NCBI GenBank assembly: GCA_963705105.1
Contig: CAVPIW010000005.1
Coordinates: 384,001-448,000, forward strand
Origin: an uncultured Nitrospiraceae bacterium
GTDB taxonomy: Bacteria; Nitrospirota; Thermodesulfovibrionia; Thermodesulfovibrionales; Dissulfurispiraceae
Length of the DNA stretch: 64,000 nucleotides
Reading direction: 5' to 3'
Part shown: one piece after another, positions 59,351 to 64,000 of the stretch
Position numbering within the stretch: the stretch's first letter is position 1
How the letters are laid out: each line of letters begins with the position of its first letter
The notes under the pieces: generated by a model
What the model saw: only the letters and a program-made list of their open reading frames with translations
Told to the model about the DNA's origin: nothing
The model's database searches: none
Translations under genes and position numbers: made by a program

Positions 59351-60131
59351 ACCGCAGAAGACAGCACGTGCAAGGCAGGGAAAGGTCTTTTTCATCAGCG
59401 CAGGGCCCGGTGACCCCGATCTCATCACCGTCAGGGGGCGGAAACTCCTCGACGCAGCGGACCTGATCATCTATGCCGGGAGCCTCGTCAACCCCGCGCT
59501 CTTCGAGGGGTTGTCCGCAGAGGTCGTCGATTCGGCAAAGCTGCACCTCGACGAAATTGTGGCCCTCATGCAAAAGGCCGTTGAAGGCGGCGGGACCGTC
59601 GTCCGTCTCCACACCGGCGACACCTCTTTTTACAGCGCCATCTCCGAACAGATCGAAAAACTCAGGGAAAAGGAGATAGGGTTTGAGGTAATACCGGGCG
59701 TCTCATCGGCGATGGCGGGCGCGGCAATCCTCGGCCAGGAACTGACGATACCCGAGGTGAGCCAGACCGTGATCTTCACCCGCATCGAGGGCAGAACGCC
59801 TGTCCCCGTCACGGAGCGACTGAGCGGGCTCGCGAAGCACCGGGCGACGATGGTGATCTTCCTGAGCGTCGGCATGATCGAAAAAGTGCAGGAGGAACTC
59901 CTGACCGGGTATCCCGAAGATACACCCGTCGTCATCATCGAAAAAGCGACATGGCCGCAGCAGCGCCTTGTGCGGGGCCGCCTCCGGGACCTCGTCTCCC
60001 TCGTGAAGGACGCAGGCATCCGGAAAACGGCGCTCATCTATGTCGGCGAATCACTCAGGGCGTCGGAAGAACCCACGGGCAGGGAGTCACGGCTCTATCA
60101 CAAAGATTTCAAACACGGGTATCGTCGATAA
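59328..60131 (+). CDS. cbiF: Cobalt-precorrin-4 C11-methyltransferase
   Basis: GPGDPDLITVRG, YAGSLV, RLHTGD, EQ, SQTVI, S.LY. Confidence 0.95.
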   Translation: MSRSERAKPQKTARARQGKVFFISAGPGDPDLITVRGRKLLDAADLIIYAGSLVNPALFEGLSAEVVDSAKLHLDEIVALMQKAVEGGGTVVRLHTGDTSFYSAISEQIEKLREKEIGFEVIPGVSSAMAGAAILGQELTIPEVSQTVIFTRIEGRTPVPVTERLSGLAKHRATMVIFLSVGMIEKVQEELLTGYPEDTPVVIIEKATWPQQRLVRGRLRDLVSLVKDAGIRKTALIYVGESLRASEEPTGRESRLYHKDFKHGYRR

Positions 60132-60606
60132 CATTGCCGTAAGCGCGGCAGAGTGATTCGAGAAGGGACTGGAGTTCACCGGGATCGGGCAGTCTGACCG
60201 GAAGCCCTGCATCCTGAATCCGGCAGGCGTCGAGGATTTTCCTGACCAATGCGAGAACGCAGAGGTTCATGATCTCCTCGGACAGGAACTCCGTGGCGTT
60301 TTCGATCAGCAACTGCTCCGTGTACCAGCCCCCGGTCGCAGGCGTCATGCCCTCGCAGAGCTTTCCCCGGGCGGTCTTCGGCGTCGCTCCCCTGGAGAGA
60401 ATGAGCGCCCGGACGTCGAGATTCGTAAGCTGAAGGCCCCGCAGGGCCGGGTTCGATCCCAGGCCGTGCCTGCCCCTCGTCATCGGCAGAAAAGCCTCAA
60501 GGTTGACGCCGGAGCAATAGAGGAACGTTTCTCTCCCACTTCCCTGGTCTGGTTTGATGACAAAATACAGGAAATCGTTCCTATATGTCATACCGTTCAC
60601 TGACAT
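60109..60606 (-). CDS. Hypothetical protein
   Basis: 165-aa ORF with host codon usage; start could be 60591. Confidence 0.6.
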   Translation of the reverse strand: MSVNGMTYRNDFLYFVIKPDQGSGRETFLYCSGVNLEAFLPMTRGRHGLGSNPALRGLQLTNLDVRALILSRGATPKTARGKLCEGMTPATGGWYTEQLLIENATEFLSEEIMNLCVLALVRKILDACRIQDAGLPVRLPDPGELQSLLESLCRAYGNVIDDTRV

Positions 60607-60647
60607 ACCTACGATATTTACCTCGGCAATCGAATACCTGTACCACT

Positions 60648-60731
60648 GTCATTGCCGCAACCCCGCACTTGATGCGGGGGCGTCGGCAATCCTTCTGAAA
60701 ATGAGAAGGATTCCGGACAAGCCGGAATGAC
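60648..60731. repeat. REP-like palindromic element
   Basis: GTCATTGCCG...CGGCAATCC and GGATTCCGG..CCGGAATGAC; related to 33509-33607. Confidence 0.65.
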
Positions 60732-60835
60732 GATACTGTGAGGAGTTCGTCCGTTAAATTGCCGGATTAATAACGGACAATTCTTTGCGCTCTTTGCGGC
60801 TTTGCGTGAGACATGGTTTCTTCTATGGCCCATGT

Positions 60836-62410
60836 TTAAGGCTCCTGCATCCCGACGGGCAGGTGAAGGATGAACCAGAACCGCGACCCCTTTCCCGGCT
60901 CGCTCTCGACGCCCATTTCCCCTCCCATTAGCTCCACGATCCTTTTCGAAATACTGAGGCCGATGCCCGTCCCGCTGTGCCGTCTCGTCAGAGAACCGTC
61001 CGCCTGCTCGAAAGGCTCAAAGATCTTCTCCTTCATCTCAGCGGGGATACCGATTCCGGTGTCAGACACGTCAAAGCGCACAACCGTTGTTTCCCCGGCC
61101 TGATCCAGCACGGAGATTTCGACCGATACGTTCCCTTCATCGGTGAATTTAATGGCGTTCCCCACGAGATACGTCAGTACCTGGTGCAATCTCGCCATGT
61201 CGCAATGAACGTATGCGTCCTCCCCGGATCTCATACGGGTTTTCAGCACCAGACCCTTGGCCTCAGCCTGTGGCCGGAGGGCCTTCATCAACTCCTCGAG
61301 GAGACCCCGCAACGGGAACGTGACGGGATTGAACTCGATCTTTCCCGTCTCGACCCGCGCAAGGTCGAGGATGTCGTTGATGAGCGACAGCAGGTTTTTT
61401 CCCGATGTCTCGATGATCTCGATAAAACGGGCCTGCGTCTCGCTCAGGGGAGTCGCCCGAAGCATTTCAGCCATCCCCAGCACACCCGTCAGAGGGGTGC
61501 GGATCTCGTGGCTCATGTTTGTGAGAAAAGCCGTTTTCGCCCTGTTTGCCGCCTCGGCGGCATCCTTCGCCGTCCTGAGTTCCGCCGTCCTTTCTTCCAC
61601 CAGGTCCTGCAGATGGTCCCTGTGACGGCGCAACTCATCTCTCGTGCGCTTCTGCTCCGTAATGTCCCGGAACACCAGGACAGCGCCGAGGCTCCTTCCC
61701 CGCTCATCCTTAATGGGAGCGGCACAGTCATCAATCGGCCTGCCCGTGCCGTCTCTGGCAATGAGGAGGGTATGGTCGGCCAGACCGACGACAGCCCCCT
61801 TCCGGAGGCACCTGACAACGGGATTTTCCGCCGGGCCTCCTGTTTCCTCATTCACAATGGTGAAAACGTTTTCTACGGGACTGGACAGTGCCTCCTTCTC
61901 TCTCCATCCCGTGAGGTCCTCGGCCACAGGGTTTATGAGCCTTACACGGGTCTCCTCATCCGTCGCGATGACGGCGTCACCGATGCTCCTCAGGGTTGTC
62001 GCCAGCCACTCCTCTCTCTCCCTCAGACTCTTTTCCGCCCTGTGCTTGTAAAGCGCCATCTCGATGGTCGTGCGCAATTCCCTTTCCTCGAAGGGCTTGA
62101 CAAGATAACCGAAGGGCCCCGTCTCCCTTGCCCGTTCTATGGTCGCCTCATCGGAGTAAGCTGTCAGGTATACGATAGGAACGTCGATCCTTTCCCTGAT
62201 GAGAGTCGCCGCGTCGATGCCGTCCATGTCGCCTGCAAGCATGATGTCCATGAGGATAAGGTCGGGACGGATGTCCGTCGCCTGCCTGACCGCCTCTTCT
62301 CCGGAACCTGCGACAGAAGGGACCAGATAGCCCAGGTTCTCCAGCTTCTTCTGCAGCGAGAGAGCGACGAGCCCCTCGTCTTCCACGACCAACACCTGTG
62401 CTTTATCCAT
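60836..62410 (-). CDS. Hybrid sensor kinase (REC-PAS-HisKA-HATPase)
   Basis: VVEDE, MDIML, KPF; PAS; MSHEIRTP; GTGIGL; ATG at 62410 after GGAGGAG. Confidence 0.93.
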   Translation of the reverse strand: MDKAQVLVVEDEGLVALSLQKKLENLGYLVPSVAGSGEEAVRQATDIRPDLILMDIMLAGDMDGIDAATLIRERIDVPIVYLTAYSDEATIERARETGPFGYLVKPFEERELRTTIEMALYKHRAEKSLREREEWLATTLRSIGDAVIATDEETRVRLINPVAEDLTGWREKEALSSPVENVFTIVNEETGGPAENPVVRCLRKGAVVGLADHTLLIARDGTGRPIDDCAAPIKDERGRSLGAVLVFRDITEQKRTRDELRRHRDHLQDLVEERTAELRTAKDAAEAANRAKTAFLTNMSHEIRTPLTGVLGMAEMLRATPLSETQARFIEIIETSGKNLLSLINDILDLARVETGKIEFNPVTFPLRGLLEELMKALRPQAEAKGLVLKTRMRSGEDAYVHCDMARLHQVLTYLVGNAIKFTDEGNVSVEISVLDQAGETTVVRFDVSDTGIGIPAEMKEKIFEPFEQADGSLTRRHSGTGIGLSISKRIVELMGGEMGVESEPGKGSRFWFILHLPVGMQEP

Positions 62411-62490
62411 ATCAGTGTTCTCCTCCGGCTTATTCCCCTTTCCCATATAATACCAAACGAGTTCGGCCTCGCGCGATGCCGGCCGGGCAG

Positions 62491-63999
62491 TCATCCGCCT
62501 TCCCCCCCCGATTCCCGAAAGGTAATTGTTATTTCAGCGAGCCCTGCATGACGGATATCCATGGCGCCCCTGAGCTGCCTGACCAGCGTCCGGACTATCG
62601 TCAGACCAAGGGAATCAGTCTGCCCCGGATCGAAGCCAGGCGGGAAGCCGACGCCATCGTCCGCCACATAAAGGGTCAGCTTACCATCCTCATCGGCGTC
62701 TATTCGTACCTTCACGTGACCCGGCCTACCTTCCGGAAAGGCATGCTTCAGGCAGTTCATCACCAGCTCATTGATGATCAGACCGCATGGTACGGCGGTG
62801 TCCAGGCTCAGGAAAAGCTCCGGGATGTCGACGGACCAGGCGACCGAGCGCGCCTCCGCCGAGAAGGACTGGAAAAGGTACGTCATGAGGCTCTCCACAT
62901 ACTGTGCGAAGTCGATCCGCTCCGTGTCCCGTATGCTGTATAACTGGTCGTGGATCAGCGCCATCGAACGGACCCTGCGCTCGCTTTCCCTGAACGCATC
63001 GAAGGCCTGCCGGTCTTCGATGTACCGCGCCTGCAAGTCCAGGAGACTCGAAATGACCTGGAGATTGTTCTTCACCCTGTGATGGATCTCTTTGAGCAGG
63101 GTCTCCTTTTCCCGCAGGGACTCACGGAGGTCCCGTTCCATGCGCCGGCGCTCGCTGATGTCGAGGATGAAGGCTGCAATGACCCGGCGCGACTCGTACA
63201 CGCCCGGCTGCAGATGGACTTCGACGGGATAGACCGAACCCTCCTTTCGCTGATGCACCGTTGTGAACTCGGTCTTCGCCTTTGCCCCGGATATGAGGGG
63301 TTGCAGCAGGGAGACGAAGGATTCATTATCATATTCAGGTTTAATGTCCACAGGTGTGAGACGCTGAAGCTCTTCGAGGGAATAACCGAGGTTTTCACGG
63401 GCGGAACGGTTCACAAAGAGAAATCTCAATGTGTCGGCGTCGAACAGATAGATTTCGTTGAGGGAGTTCTCCAGGATCCCCGCCAGACCCGCCTGCTTCA
63501 ACTCGGCATGTTTTCGCTCCGTGATGTCGATCTGAATCCCGTACATGCCGGCCGGATCGCCCGTTTCATCGAACATCATGCTGCCGATGTCATTAAGCCA
63601 GTGGATGGTTCCGTCGGGCCAGACGACCCGGAAGGTGATGTCGAGATCCTTTCTCTGTTCCACCGCTTCCCTGACGCGCCTTTCGGCCTCGTCACGGTCA
63701 TCGGGATGGACGCACCGGAGCCATGTTTCATAACAGGACGGGGCGCTTCCCGGGACGAGTCCAAGGATCCGGTAATTCCCCTCTGACCATATGGCGCAGT
63801 TCGTTCTCATGTCCCACTCCCATGCTCCCGCATTGGCCGCCCGCAAGGCATAGGCCAGCCTCTGCTCGTTCCTCACAAGGGATTCCTCAGCCCTTTTTCG
63901 CTGGACGATCTTCCAGACATCGTTCGCCAGGAGCTGCAGTTGGAGGACGTCGGAGTCTTCATAATCGTGCTCCTTGTTGCCGACGCCTGTGATGACCCG
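62491..63999 (-). CDS. GAF/PAS sensor histidine kinase (HisKA_2 type), 5'-truncated by the window edge
   Basis: EIHHRVKNNLQ, KHAF, DDGVG; frame stays open beyond 63876 to the edge (GVGNKEHDY..DVLQLQLL, a GAF end). Confidence 0.92.
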   Translation of the reverse strand, partial: RVITGVGNKEHDYEDSDVLQLQLLANDVWKIVQRKRAEESLVRNEQRLAYALRAANAGAWEWDMRTNCAIWSEGNYRILGLVPGSAPSCYETWLRCVHPDDRDEAERRVREAVEQRKDLDITFRVVWPDGTIHWLNDIGSMMFDETGDPAGMYGIQIDITERKHAELKQAGLAGILENSLNEIYLFDADTLRFLFVNRSARENLGYSLEELQRLTPVDIKPEYDNESFVSLLQPLISGAKAKTEFTTVHQRKEGSVYPVEVHLQPGVYESRRVIAAFILDISERRRMERDLRESLREKETLLKEIHHRVKNNLQVISSLLDLQARYIEDRQAFDAFRESERRVRSMALIHDQLYSIRDTERIDFAQYVESLMTYLFQSFSAEARSVAWSVDIPELFLSLDTAVPCGLIINELVMNCLKHAFPEGRPGHVKVRIDADEDGKLTLYVADDGVGFPPGFDPGQTDSLGLTIVRTLVRQLRGAMDIRHAGLAEITITFRESGGEGG

Positions 64000-64000
64000 G

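Overview
High-GC anaerobic bacterial chromosome segment; gene content and style suggest Nitrospirota (Thermodesulfovibrionia) or a deltaproteobacterium-like organism (inference only). Layout: (1) 1-4.9 kb accessory block with an ABM-family gene behind a sigma54 promoter, a vapBC pair, a GAF/PAS sigma54 activator and a membrane protein. (2) 5-30.8 kb housekeeping genes (nth, acyl-CoA transferase-GNAT, DRG-like GTPase, HU, rel, murA, mltD, rnfCDGEAB, an atypical pilT). (3) 30.8-41.5 kb probable island bounded by a 40-bp imperfect direct repeat. It carries a two-component system and a sigma54 promoter followed by tandem GEMM-I riboswitches with the A20 signature of cyclic AMP-GMP sensors. These precede a periplasmic group-1a-like [NiFe] hydrogenase, its protease and a secreted CxxCH protein on a stalk of Ig-like repeats; a broken multiheme cytochrome gene lies alongside. 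(4) 41.5-60.1 kb 19-gene anaerobic cobalamin and cobalt-uptake operon. (5) 60-64 kb sensor kinases. Core regions also carry about a dozen modular, nested palindromic elements; several lie in frame at the 5' ends of cob genes, one with an 8-bp target-site duplication. The two best candidates for novelty are the riboswitch-hydrogenase-heme-stalk operon and the reading-frame-preserving palindromic elements. All calls come from reading motifs by eye; no searches were run.
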